A stretch of DNA of 55,872 nt, from the NCBI GenBank assembly GCA_001792345.1, contig MGGJ01000001.1, forward strand, positions 358,688-414,559, read 5' to 3'. Below the pieces are notes generated by a model. The model was not told where the DNA came from and did no database searches. It was given only the letters and a program-made list of their open reading frames with translations. Shown in pieces: positions 32,101 to 42,076 of the stretch (within the stretch, counting starts at the first letter, position 1; each line of letters opens with the position of its first letter). A program made the translations under genes and the position numbers. The DNA comes from Candidatus Woesebacteria bacterium RIFCSPHIGHO2_01_FULL_39_32. GTDB lineage: Bacteria; Patescibacteriota; Microgenomatia; UBA8517.

Positions 32101-35064
32101 ATGGAAAACGTAATTAAAATTAGGGGTGCAAGACAGCATAATCTTAAAAATATTGATGTAGATATTCCCAAAAACAAACTCGTTTGCTTAACGGGAGTAT
32201 CCGGCAGCGGTAAAAGTTCTCTTGCATTCGACACAGTTTATGCTGAAGGGCAGAGGCGCTACGTCGAAAGTTTATCAACCTACGCTAGGCAATTTCTTGG
32301 AATTATGGAAAAACCTGACGTTGACTTGATTGAAGGACTATCACCAGCTATCTCGATTGATCAAAAAACTACCTCTAGAAATCCGCGCTCTACGGTTGGA
32401 ACGATTACGGAAATTTATGACTACATGAGGCTTTTATTTGCTCGTATTGGACACCCCCATTGTCCGATCTGCGGACGGGAAATTTCAAGTCAGTCACTTG
32501 ATGAAATTGTTAAGAATGTTAGCGACTTGATAGAAAAAACAGCAAAAGAAAAACGTAAAGCCAGGTTTATGATTTTATCTCCAATTATTATTGACAAAAA
32601 GGGGGAATTCTCGAAGCTTTTTGATAACTTAAAAGCAAAAGGAATTAGATATGTACGCGTTGACAGAATCATCAAAGAGGTAGCAGAAGATTTTCTACTA
32701 ATAAAAACTAATAAACACACGATAGAAGCTGTAGTAGATAGAATCTCTTTAAGCCCAAAAGATCTGAAAAGTCAAATCTTTCTGGAAAATCTTAAAACAA
32801 GACTTACCGAATCTATTGAATCTGGTTTAAAACTTTCAAACGGACAGGTTTTCGTTGGTGAGGTGCTCGATGAAGAACTTAGCATGCCAGAGTTTCCGAA
32901 AAAATTTCTGGATCATCTTTTTAGCGAGCGGTTTGCTTGTCCAGTTGACAATATTAGCTTGCCTGATATCGAGCCGAGAAGTTTCTCTTTTAATTCTCCA
33001 CACGGAGCATGCCCAACTTGTAACGGAATAGGAAGAATTCTGAAAGTAGATACCGATAGAATGCTTTCCGGCGAGATTTCGATTACAGAAGGTGGAATTT
33101 TACCTTTTGCAAATATTTTTGAACACGATACTTGGTATGCAAGATTAATTTTAACTGTTTGTCAAGAGTATGGGATTAATCCAAAAACTCCTATAAAAAA
33201 TCTCGCAGATGATCAAAAAAACATACTCCTTTATGGTTCTGGCGATCGGGAATATAAAGTACAAGGGACAAATAGATTCGGTCGTCTAACATTTATTTAC
33301 GAAATTTTTAATGGTGTAATAAAAGAGCTTGAGGAAAGACACGCATCAACCGAGTCCGACTGGATAAGGAGTGAGATAGAAAAATATATGCGTGAACAGG
33401 TCTGTCTAGAGTGTAACGGTACCAGGTTGAAAAAAGAAGCGCTTGGAGTAACTATCAACAATCTTTCCATTGCTAAAACTTCTTCATTCTCAATTAAGGT
33501 TTGTTTAAATTGGGTAAATCTTCTTTTAGATATAAACAAATCCCCACTGGCTGCTCGTGAAAAAGAAATCGGAAATTTAATACTAAAAGAAATTTTAGCA
33601 AGATTATCTTTTTTGATATCTGTTGGTCTTGACTATCTTACTCTTGATAGAAGCGCAGGTACCCTTTCTGGAGGGGAGGCACAAAGAATTCGTTTGGCAT
33701 CTCAAATTGGTTCGGGACTAACGGGGGTTTTGTATGTCCTGGATGAGCCGACGATCGGACTTCATCAGAAAGACAATCAAAGACTTATTAACACATTGAA
33801 AAAACTGCGTGACTTGGGAAATACGGTAGTAGTTGTCGAACACGACGCTCAAACAATTAGTCAGTCCGATTACGTGGTTGATTTTGGTCCTGGAGCAGGG
33901 AAACTTGGAGGTAAAGTTGTAGCAGCGGGAACTCCCAAAGAAATTGCCGAGAATCCAAAATCTTTGACAGGACTTTATTTAAGCGGCAAGAGAAAGATCA
34001 AAGTTTCAAAAGGTACCTCAGCTAATGCAAGTATCATAGGCTTATTAAGTAACAAATCACCAGTCACAAATCACCAATCACTTACTTTATTTGGCTGTTC
34101 TCAATTCAATCTCAAAAATATCGATGTAAGTTTTCCGTTAGGTAAATTTGTCGTTATTACGGGTGTATCCGGAAGTGGAAAATCTACCCTTCTGGTGGAA
34201 ACTTTGTATCCCACTCTCGAAACTAAGTTAAATTTTCGTTTTCGAGGTGAAGCGGGAGCTCATAGGGAGTTAGAGGGAATAGAAAATGTTGATAAGAGCA
34301 TCTTGATTGACCAATCACCAATCGGACGAACACCAAGAAGTAATCCCGCTACTTATACAAAACTTTTCGATCCGATACGAGAAATTTTCGCACTTACTCG
34401 TGAAGCACGCTCAGCCGGGTTTAAAAAGGGAAGGTTCTCATTTAATGTAAAAGGGGGCCGATGTGAAGCGTGTGAAGGTCAAGGACAAATAAAGATCGAG
34501 ATGCAGTTCATGAGCGATATCTGGGTAACATGTGAGGTTTGTCAAGGTAAAAGATATAACGCACAAACTCTGGAAGTTTCTTTTAGAGGTAAAAATATTG
34601 CAGAAGTACTTTCTTTAACGGTAACAGAAGCGATTGAATTTTTTCACTCAATTGCCTCTGTACTATCTAAACTTCACACACTTTCGGATGTTGGTTTAGG
34701 CTATATGGAACTCGGACAATCTGCAACGACTCTTTCGGGAGGAGAAGCCCAAAGGGTTAAGTTGGCTACAGAGCTCAGTAAGAAAGACACCGGAAGGACA
34801 GTATATATTTTAGATGAACCCACAACAGGTTTACATTTCGCGGACGTAGATAAACTTCTCAAAGTTCTAAGGCTTTTAGTTGGCAGAGGAAATAGTGTTT
34901 TTATTATCGAACACAACCTGGATGTGATCAAAAACGCGGACTGGATCATTGACCTTGGGCCTGATGGGGGAGATGCGGGTGGAAATGTCGTTGCAGCAGG
35001 AACAGTTAGTGATTTGATTAAAAATAAAAATTCATATACGGCCCAGTTTTTGTCTAAAGTCTAA
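32101..35064 (+). CDS. uvrA: Excinuclease ABC subunit A
   Basis: Two ABC ATPase modules (GVSGSGKSSL, GVSGSGKSTL, LSGGEAQR twice) plus Zn-finger CxxC pairs. Confidence 0.95.
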   Translation: MENVIKIRGARQHNLKNIDVDIPKNKLVCLTGVSGSGKSSLAFDTVYAEGQRRYVESLSTYARQFLGIMEKPDVDLIEGLSPAISIDQKTTSRNPRSTVGTITEIYDYMRLLFARIGHPHCPICGREISSQSLDEIVKNVSDLIEKTAKEKRKARFMILSPIIIDKKGEFSKLFDNLKAKGIRYVRVDRIIKEVAEDFLLIKTNKHTIEAVVDRISLSPKDLKSQIFLENLKTRLTESIESGLKLSNGQVFVGEVLDEELSMPEFPKKFLDHLFSERFACPVDNISLPDIEPRSFSFNSPHGACPTCNGIGRILKVDTDRMLSGEISITEGGILPFANIFEHDTWYARLILTVCQEYGINPKTPIKNLADDQKNILLYGSGDREYKVQGTNRFGRLTFIYEIFNGVIKELEERHASTESDWIRSEIEKYMREQVCLECNGTRLKKEALGVTINNLSIAKTSSFSIKVCLNWVNLLLDINKSPLAAREKEIGNLILKEILARLSFLISVGLDYLTLDRSAGTLSGGEAQRIRLASQIGSGLTGVLYVLDEPTIGLHQKDNQRLINTLKKLRDLGNTVVVVEHDAQTISQSDYVVDFGPGAGKLGGKVVAAGTPKEIAENPKSLTGLYLSGKRKIKVSKGTSANASIIGLLSNKSPVTNHQSLTLFGCSQFNLKNIDVSFPLGKFVVITGVSGSGKSTLLVETLYPTLETKLNFRFRGEAGAHRELEGIENVDKSILIDQSPIGRTPRSNPATYTKLFDPIREIFALTREARSAGFKKGRFSFNVKGGRCEACEGQGQIKIEMQFMSDIWVTCEVCQGKRYNAQTLEVSFRGKNIAEVLSLTVTEAIEFFHSIASVLSKLHTLSDVGLGYMELGQSATTLSGGEAQRVKLATELSKKDTGRTVYILDEPTTGLHFADVDKLLKVLRLLVGRGNSVFIIEHNLDVIKNADWIIDLGPDGGDAGGNVVAAGTVSDLIKNKNSYTAQFLSKV

Positions 35065-35083
35065 TTTACAGTATACTTTCTTC

Positions 35084-36952
35084 ATGATACGAGCATACGT
35101 ATTGTTATTATCTTTATTACTCCTTTCTTTGATTATCGCACCCAACGTTGCCGCTTCCGAAAATTTTACAGTAGATGCCAATGTTGAATATAAAATTCAG
35201 GAAAGTGGTGTTACAACAGTCACAAATACATTTTCGGTAAAAAACAATACTTCCGAGTTATTTAGTAAAAATTATGTATTAAACTTAACCGGTGTAAATC
35301 CTAAAAATTTAAAAGCTTTCGAGGGAGGCGATCAACTTTCCGTTTTTAGCCAACAGGAGAATGATTATATTTCGGTCAGAATTGAATTCCCAAATCCTGT
35401 TACCGGAATAGGTAAAGAAAGAACTTTTGTCATTACTTATGAAGAAAGCTCTTTTGCTCTCAAAACGGGAGAGGTATGGGAGATTTCTATTCCAAAGTTA
35501 GAAAGTGCTGAAAGTTTTCGAGAGTATAACGTATATATTTCTATCCCGGATAGCTTCGGTGAAGAAGCATACATCTCTCCAGAACCTAGAGAAATCAGAA
35601 ATCAGGATAGTAGAAAAATTTATCTTTTTAAAAAGGATGATATTAAAAAAGTGGGCGTAACGGGAGGGTTCGGTAAATTCCAGGTTTTTTCTTTTACAAT
35701 AAATTACCATCTTGAAAACACGTCAAATGAAAAGACAACTTCCCAAATCGCATTACCACCAGATACATCTACGCAGGAAATGTTTTATCAAGAAATTACT
35801 CCTGTACCCTTAAATGTTTTGGTCGATGAAGATGGAAACTGGCTAGCAGAATATAATCTTTCGCCAAGGCAACGGCTTGACGTTAAAGTGACTGGAAGAG
35901 TTTCCGTTTTTGCAAAGCCCAGAAAGATAATTAGCCCATCACCCTCAACTTTGTTATCTGACCTAAAACCGACCAAATATTGGCAATCTGACGATCCAAA
36001 AATAAGCGATCTTGCTAAGAGCCTCGGAACACCACAGAAAATGTATGAATATATAACACAAACTCTCAGTTATAACTACGATCGGGTTACGCCAAATGTT
36101 GAAAGGCTGGGCGCTAAATCCGCATTAGATAATCCAGGCAACGCCATTTGTATGGAATTTACTGATCTTTTTGTTGCACTAGCCAGGGCAAATGGTATTC
36201 CCGCCCGCGAGATAAACGGTTTTGCTTATTCAGAAAATCCCAAAATTCAACCACTGTCTCTTGTTGCAGACGTTTTACACTCTTGGCCCGAATATTGGGA
36301 CAAGGATACTGGTACCTGGATTCCGATTGATCCGACGTGGGGGACGACTAGCCAGAGAGATTACTTCAACAAACTAGATTTACGTCACTTTGCATTCGTT
36401 ATCCACGGTACAAGTGACACCTCACCCGTCTCTGCCGGTTCTTACAAACTTGGTACAAATCCTCAGAAAGATGTTTTTGTGAGCCTAGGAACATCCCACC
36501 CGAAAAGCCAAAGTAAAATAGATATTGGAGTTTCTTATCCCAATAAATTCGAGCTTTTTAAAAAAACGGCCAACGTTAGAATTGTAAATAACGGATTAAT
36601 TGCTGTTTATGATATAACTACTCAGATACTTTTTGACGAAACCTCTATCTACTCTGAATACTTTCCAGTATTACCTCCGAATGCGCATGTAGATAAACAA
36701 GTTGAAATTCCTTTAGGAGTTTTAGGCTTGAAAGCTCCCTTAAACGTCAAAGTTTTAGCATACCGTACTGAGAAAGCTCTTTCTACACAAAAGAGCCAGG
36801 TTATAATCTATCAGATTTTGCTATTATCATTTATCTTTATCGCTGTTGTTATTTTTGCTTCTTACAAAATGCGAAAAGGCAGGTCGACTTTTCTTGAAAG
36901 AATATATGCAAAAATTAAAAAAACAAAAGATAACCCGAAAGCTTATCAGTAG
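35084..36952 (+). CDS. Secreted/membrane-anchored transglutaminase-like domain protein
   Basis: Signal peptide, then a transglutaminase core (NAICMEFTDLFVALARANGIPAR ... HSWPEYW ... IDPTWG) and a C-terminal TM helix. Confidence 0.75.
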   Translation: MIRAYVLLLSLLLLSLIIAPNVAASENFTVDANVEYKIQESGVTTVTNTFSVKNNTSELFSKNYVLNLTGVNPKNLKAFEGGDQLSVFSQQENDYISVRIEFPNPVTGIGKERTFVITYEESSFALKTGEVWEISIPKLESAESFREYNVYISIPDSFGEEAYISPEPREIRNQDSRKIYLFKKDDIKKVGVTGGFGKFQVFSFTINYHLENTSNEKTTSQIALPPDTSTQEMFYQEITPVPLNVLVDEDGNWLAEYNLSPRQRLDVKVTGRVSVFAKPRKIISPSPSTLLSDLKPTKYWQSDDPKISDLAKSLGTPQKMYEYITQTLSYNYDRVTPNVERLGAKSALDNPGNAICMEFTDLFVALARANGIPAREINGFAYSENPKIQPLSLVADVLHSWPEYWDKDTGTWIPIDPTWGTTSQRDYFNKLDLRHFAFVIHGTSDTSPVSAGSYKLGTNPQKDVFVSLGTSHPKSQSKIDIGVSYPNKFELFKKTANVRIVNNGLIAVYDITTQILFDETSIYSEYFPVLPPNAHVDKQVEIPLGVLGLKAPLNVKVLAYRTEKALSTQKSQVIIYQILLLSFIFIAVVIFASYKMRKGRSTFLERIYAKIKKTKDNPKAYQ

Positions 36953-38225
36953 AATCCCGCTTGATCCAGGTATATACATTTTTTGGGATGAAAAAGGAAA
37001 ACCAATATACGTCGGTAAATCGTTAAGTCTGAAAGGTAGGGTCAAATCCTACTTTTTGAAAAATCTTGCACCCAAAACCGCGCAAATGGTTAGGCAAGCT
37101 TTCTACCTTTCAACAATAAGGGTAAACTCCGAACTTGAAGCGCTTTTACTGGAAGCACGTCTTGTAAATAAACTCCAAACCAAATTCAATAGTCAACTGA
37201 AGGATGATAAACATCCTCTTTATATCCGAATAACAGCGTCAGAATTCCCTCAAGTTTTAACTGCAAGAAAAATTGATTCTCATGAAAAAAATCTTGCATT
37301 TTTTGGACCATATCCCAGCTCAAAGAATGTGAAAAACGTACTTAAAATGCTTAGGAGCATATTTCCGTATGCTCAACATAAACCAGGCAAAAGAGGGTGT
37401 TTTTATAGTCAAATACGTTTATGTAATCCGTGTCCCTCCCAAATAGTAAAAATAAAAGATGATAAAGTCTATTTTAGATTAAGAAAAAATTATAGAAAAA
37501 ATATCACCAATATAAAGTGGGTTCTGTCAGGAAAATTAGGAAAGCTTCGAAATTCTCTCAATAAACAGATGGACGGATACTCAAAAGAAGAAAATTTCGA
37601 GGAAGCCGTAATAATACGGGATCGGTTGCGTTTGTTAGATTACATCACACAACCTATAACGCCAATACAAGAATTTTTGAAAAACCCTAACCTTGTAGTT
37701 GATATTAGACAAGAAGAAATTTCGGCCCTTGAAGAAATACTTTCGCAATTTTATAACCTGCCTGATGGTTTGCGTCGGATCGAGTGTTATGATGTTGCCC
37801 ATATTTCTGGTGCAAAACCAACCGCTTCCATGGTTACATTTATAAATGGAGAGGCTGATAAAACATTCTATCGGCATTTCAGAATCAGACAAGAGAAAGG
37901 TGCTGATGATATAGCGAGCTTAAGGGAAGTAGCAAAAAGACGTATAAAACATTTTTCGGATTGGGGAATTCCCAATCTGATCCTAGTTGATGGTGGCCGT
38001 GGACAAGTAAATGTTTTCAATAGTGTAATGCAGGAATCAAATATCCCGGTCGTCGGGTTGGCTAAACGTTTTGAAACTTTAATTATTCCGCAGCCTAGTT
38101 CCTTATTTAAGGAAATAAGAGTCACTGGATCTGAACTTAATCTCCTTCAAAGATTACGCAACGAAGCTCACAGATTTGCCCGAAGGTATCACCATAAACT
38201 AATTCAAAAATCTTTGATACCGTAA
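36906..38225 (+). CDS. uvrC: Excinuclease ABC subunit C (short form, no obvious C-terminal (HhH)2)
   Basis: GIY-YIG domain (PGIYIFWDEKGKPIYVGKS), UVR domain (EENFEEAVIIRDRLRLL) and an endonuclease V-like domain. ATG at 36906 sits in the tracked ORF 36846-38225 and overlaps the upstream gene by 47 nt. Confidence 0.85.
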   Translation: MQKLKKQKITRKLISRIPLDPGIYIFWDEKGKPIYVGKSLSLKGRVKSYFLKNLAPKTAQMVRQAFYLSTIRVNSELEALLLEARLVNKLQTKFNSQLKDDKHPLYIRITASEFPQVLTARKIDSHEKNLAFFGPYPSSKNVKNVLKMLRSIFPYAQHKPGKRGCFYSQIRLCNPCPSQIVKIKDDKVYFRLRKNYRKNITNIKWVLSGKLGKLRNSLNKQMDGYSKEENFEEAVIIRDRLRLLDYITQPITPIQEFLKNPNLVVDIRQEEISALEEILSQFYNLPDGLRRIECYDVAHISGAKPTASMVTFINGEADKTFYRHFRIRQEKGADDIASLREVAKRRIKHFSDWGIPNLILVDGGRGQVNVFNSVMQESNIPVVGLAKRFETLIIPQPSSLFKEIRVTGSELNLLQRLRNEAHRFARRYHHKLIQKSLIP

Positions 38226-38268
38226 AAATATCTTGTCAATTATCACCAACCACTTGTATACTTAATCA

Positions 38269-38670
38269 ATGAAAAGAATACTACGCCACTATATAATCGA
38301 TACCTTCTCTCTTTGGGTTATTTCTCAAACTTCCCAAGGGTTAGTTTTCCAACAAGGATTCAAAAGCTTATTCATTGCAGGAGTTGGACTAATGGCAGTG
38401 TCGCTTTTAGCCAAACCAATTATTAATATGCTGCTCATCCCCCTGAACCTTATAACCTTTGGTTTGTTTAGGTGGGTTTCTTCAGCAGTGGTTTTATATA
38501 TAGTCACTTTGTTGGTTAAAGACTTCAAAGTCGTAGCCTTTAATTTTGTGGGGTTCTCAAATAAGTGGATAGAAATACCAAGTATGTATTTTCAAGGATT
38601 CTGGGCATATGTCGCTTTTGCTTTCTTGCTTTCCATAATTACTTCTTTTATTTATTGGGTTATTAAGTGA
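38269..38670 (+). CDS. Four-TM membrane protein (phage-holin-4_2/YvlD-like topology)
   Basis: 133 aa with four hydrophobic helices. The family assignment is tentative. Confidence 0.4.
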   Translation: MKRILRHYIIDTFSLWVISQTSQGLVFQQGFKSLFIAGVGLMAVSLLAKPIINMLLIPLNLITFGLFRWVSSAVVLYIVTLLVKDFKVVAFNFVGFSNKWIEIPSMYFQGFWAYVAFAFLLSIITSFIYWVIK

Positions 38671-38698
38671 TAATCCTGTATAATATCTTTTGACAAAA

Positions 38699-38917
38699 AT
38701 GCAAAGCGCACTGCTGCTATTACAAATTATTTTTTCACTATCACTGACAATAATGATATTAGTTCAAACGAGAGGAACAGGCTTTGGACGTGCCTTCGGT
38801 GGTGGAGGAAGCTCTGCTTCTTTTACGCGAAGAGGGTTAGAAAGAGTGGTTTTCCGTACGACATTTATCGTCTCCGGGTTATTCCTTATAATATCAATTC
38901 TCTCTTTAAGTATTTAG
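38699..38917 (+). CDS. secG: Preprotein translocase subunit SecG
   Basis: Two TM helices flank the Gly-rich loop TRGTGFGRAFGGGGSSASFTRRG. ATG at 38699; the tracked TTG is at 38690. Confidence 0.75.
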   Translation: MQSALLLLQIIFSLSLTIMILVQTRGTGFGRAFGGGGSSASFTRRGLERVVFRTTFIVSGLFLIISILSLSI

Positions 38918-38957
38918 TATTTTTCTTTGCCAAACTTTCTTTCCTAAAGAAAGTTTG
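38918..38957. repeat. Intergenic palindromic element, copy 2 (GTATTTTTCTTTGC + CAAACTTTCTTT-CCT-AAAGAAAGTTTG)
   Basis: A 12-bp-arm palindrome placed directly after the secG stop. Same prefix and AACTTTCTTT/AAAGAAAGTT core as copy 1. Confidence 0.6.
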
Positions 38958-38960
38958 AAA

Positions 38961-40289
38961 ATGGTTATGTCCATTAGATATTACGTAAGGCTTACTGGTG
39001 CATACCTTACACGTCTTAAGGGAACAATTGTAGTAGGAATCCTCTTGGGGTTTGTCATTTTTTCCATAGTTAGTGTTCTTGCTCCGGCATTTTTTAAAAG
39101 AAGTGATGAGAGGATAGGAGTACAAGGGCGCTATCATACTAACGAGTTGCCAACGGAGATATTAGATTTAATTGGTGATGGGTTAACGAAGGTGGGTGAA
39201 GACTCAATGGTAGAACCCGACCTGGCTACAAGTTGGGACACACCCGACAAAGGTAAAACTTGGATTTTCCATCTTAAGGATGATATTGCCTGGCAAGATG
39301 AAGTCGCTTTTACAAGTAATTCGATAAATTATGAATTTGAAAATGTCACAATCGAAAAACCGGACGAAAAAACTATTATATTTAAACTTGAGGAAAATCT
39401 ATATTCTCCTTTTCCTTCTGTCCTCTCGAAACCTGTATTTAGGAAGGGTCTTTTGGGCACAGGAGAGTGGAAAGTTGACAAAATTACTACAATTAGCGGA
39501 AGTTATGTCCATGAACTAATATTGGTTGATAAAAATAAAAACAGGAAACTCTTTAAATTTTATCCAACACTTGAACGTACAAAGTTGGCATTTAAACTCG
39601 GAGAAATAGACAAAATAGAAAACATAATCGAACCGACCCCGTTTTTAGAATGGAATACGGCCCAGGTTATCCCTAAAACAAATCTTAACCAAGTCGTTGT
39701 TCTGTTTTTTAATAATACCGACCCAAAGTTATCCGATAAGACACTACGTCGAGCCTTAATATATGCAATTGATAAAGACTCGCTGGGTGCTCGAGCTCTT
39801 GGTCCAATTTCTCCCGTGTCCTGGGCGTTTAATCCCCAGGTAAAACCTTACGCTTACGACACGAATCATGCTAAAGATCTTATTAATGAACTTTCAGACG
39901 AACAAACAAAAGATTTAGAATTAAAGATTGTAACAAGCCCAGTACTTTTGTCATCAGCTGAAAAAATTGCAAAAAATTGGATTGAGCTAGGGATTAAAAC
40001 CCAAGTTCAAATTACTTCCGTCGTCCCTGAAGAATTCCAGGCATATTTAACGATATTCGATATGCCCAAAGATCCAGACCAATATCCACTTTGGCACACT
40101 ACACAAAAAAATTCGAATATCACAAATTATACGAGTCCAAGAATTGACTCATTACTAGAGGAAGGTAGACGTCAACTTGACATTGAGGAACGCAGAAAAA
40201 TTTATCTTGATTTTCAAAGATTCCTCCTGGAAGATGCACCTGCGGCTTTTCTATACCACCCAACTTACTATACAATAACAAGAAAGTAA
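38961..40289 (+). CDS. Membrane-anchored ABC-type substrate-binding protein, family 5 (peptide/nickel type), orphan
   Basis: N-terminal TM helix, then EPDLATSWDTPDKGKTWIFHLKDDIAWQD, typical of SBP_bac_5. No permease or ATPase genes are adjacent. Confidence 0.65.
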   Translation: MVMSIRYYVRLTGAYLTRLKGTIVVGILLGFVIFSIVSVLAPAFFKRSDERIGVQGRYHTNELPTEILDLIGDGLTKVGEDSMVEPDLATSWDTPDKGKTWIFHLKDDIAWQDEVAFTSNSINYEFENVTIEKPDEKTIIFKLEENLYSPFPSVLSKPVFRKGLLGTGEWKVDKITTISGSYVHELILVDKNKNRKLFKFYPTLERTKLAFKLGEIDKIENIIEPTPFLEWNTAQVIPKTNLNQVVVLFFNNTDPKLSDKTLRRALIYAIDKDSLGARALGPISPVSWAFNPQVKPYAYDTNHAKDLINELSDEQTKDLELKIVTSPVLLSSAEKIAKNWIELGIKTQVQITSVVPEEFQAYLTIFDMPKDPDQYPLWHTTQKNSNITNYTSPRIDSLLEEGRRQLDIEERRKIYLDFQRFLLEDAPAAFLYHPTYYTITRK

Positions 40290-40296
40290 GTTTAAA

Positions 40297-42018
40297 TTAC
40301 TCCGGAGGGAGCTCCACAACTTCTTCTTTCTTTTCTCTCAAAAAGCTAGTCCATTCCTCAAATATTTCTATGATATTTTTAAGCGGGACCTCTATAAGAA
40401 GATCGAGAATTGCTGTAAAAAAGTTAATCTTGCTTAAACCTTTTGATAGAAAAAAGCCAAGGTTAAGGAAAGGAAGAGTAAGATAACCTACCAAATGTCC
40501 TATAAAACCTTCCTTATCAGAATCTACTTTTAACTGATTTGCGTTATAACGTACTCGAAATGCAAAGAGCATAACCAATGAAAGAAATGCAAAAAATATG
40601 AGAATTCCAAAAACTGTAAAGTTGAGTAATGTAAGCGCATAAGTAATACTGCCAAAAACCAATAAGAAGAGAATTGCATAAAATATTCCAAATATGGGAG
40701 CTATTGATGAATTTTTTTGTGTCTTTATCAAAGAAAAAGCCTGTTTAGTTTTTTCTTCACTTTCATAGACTACTGAATGAAGTCTTTCTACAATGCCTTC
40801 TGTATTTTTAGCACCCGGAACCCGAATAGAGAATCCTACCAACCACATCATCATAGGAGGTATTAATATATTAATTGTTAAGGGTAAATACCTAACCTCC
40901 TCGAAAAGAATTACTTCATAAGGGATCTCAATAATTAATGCAATGAAAACCTTGGTAAGAAAGATATAAATAATGCTTCTTACAATTCCGGTACTAACCC
41001 TTTGTTTTATCTGCTTATATTTCGATTCACAAACGCTACGAATTTTCTCCTCAAATTTAGATTTATCTTTGACCAAATCCCTAATATTGCCTTTCTCCTG
41101 CCTGACAATTTCCCTAAAAATTTCAAATGCCGCCGCGTGCTTCTGAATCTTACGGTAAAGAGTGAATCGGCTCGCGTAATTTAAATGAGATTCGATTTCC
41201 GAGTAAACTTTGGGAAATTGCATAATCAACTGATTGATTTGACTAATGTCAGCATGTTTCCACTTAGGAACTTCTTTCAAAAGTAGGTGATATCGCATAA
41301 TGGATTCATCGGATTTAGTATATGCACGGTGAATCGCCAAATAGATTTGCACTTCTTTGTCGTGATCATTTATATTTGTGTCTATCCACTCAAACTTTGA
41401 AGTAAACCAAGTGTACATAAGTTGAACGTAAAGTTCTCTATAAGAAGGGTCCAACACGTCTTCGATCTCACTTGAAGCAACACCCCACATCCAAGAACGA
41501 ACTTTTGGCAAAGAAATACCCGAAGGCAAGTTATCTAGATTTTTCAAAAAATAGATATACTTTTCTACAATTTTTTCAACACGGTCAACCTTGTGTCCGG
41601 AAATTGAATTGTTGGGTAAGTATCGAGCCCATATTAATTCTTTAATAAGAGTTTCGGAAACTCTGCGATAATTTACATCGCTTCTAACACTTTCCTGTTC
41701 CCAAACAAGGCGCTTCAATATCCTCTCAGTAGCGTTTCTCCGAAGTACGTGCTCACCTTTATATTCAACCGTCGTACGAATTCTCTCGTAAACCCGAGCA
41801 ATTCCTCCAAGTACCTCGCTGACTTGGAATTTTGCCTCCCCCCCATCTTTTTCTCTCTTCAGTTTTTTTTCATGCCGGCTAACAAATTTTTCCATATAAA
41901 AGGAGAGTCCTTCCTTGTCGGAGGGTTCAATTTTAGGTTTTTCGGACTCCTTAATTGCTTCGCTTTCCTTAAGCTTACTATCCGTGGCGTTGTTTTCGTA
42001 AATTGTAATCATTCTCAA
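40297..42018 (-). CDS. Large membrane protein of unknown function (about 330-aa helical cytoplasmic N-domain plus 4-6 TM helices)
   Basis: Long uninterrupted ORF of 573 aa, with hydrophobic helices from about aa 345. I recognise no catalytic motif. Confidence 0.5.
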   Translation of the reverse strand: MRMITIYENNATDSKLKESEAIKESEKPKIEPSDKEGLSFYMEKFVSRHEKKLKREKDGGEAKFQVSEVLGGIARVYERIRTTVEYKGEHVLRRNATERILKRLVWEQESVRSDVNYRRVSETLIKELIWARYLPNNSISGHKVDRVEKIVEKYIYFLKNLDNLPSGISLPKVRSWMWGVASSEIEDVLDPSYRELYVQLMYTWFTSKFEWIDTNINDHDKEVQIYLAIHRAYTKSDESIMRYHLLLKEVPKWKHADISQINQLIMQFPKVYSEIESHLNYASRFTLYRKIQKHAAAFEIFREIVRQEKGNIRDLVKDKSKFEEKIRSVCESKYKQIKQRVSTGIVRSIIYIFLTKVFIALIIEIPYEVILFEEVRYLPLTINILIPPMMMWLVGFSIRVPGAKNTEGIVERLHSVVYESEEKTKQAFSLIKTQKNSSIAPIFGIFYAILFLLVFGSITYALTLLNFTVFGILIFFAFLSLVMLFAFRVRYNANQLKVDSDKEGFIGHLVGYLTLPFLNLGFFLSKGLSKINFFTAILDLLIEVPLKNIIEIFEEWTSFLREKKEEVVELPPE

Positions 42019-42076
42019 TTAATATCCCATTATACCATTGAGTAAGGCTGAATATATGAGTTAATATTAGGTAGGT

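Noticed and set aside
36846-36905. Upstream TTG start for uvrC given by the ORF track.
   Set aside because: The extra 20 residues (MLFLLLTKCEKAGRLFLKEY) are just the alternative frame of the transglutaminase gene's C-terminal TM region. ATG 36906 gives the canonical GIY-YIG spacing.
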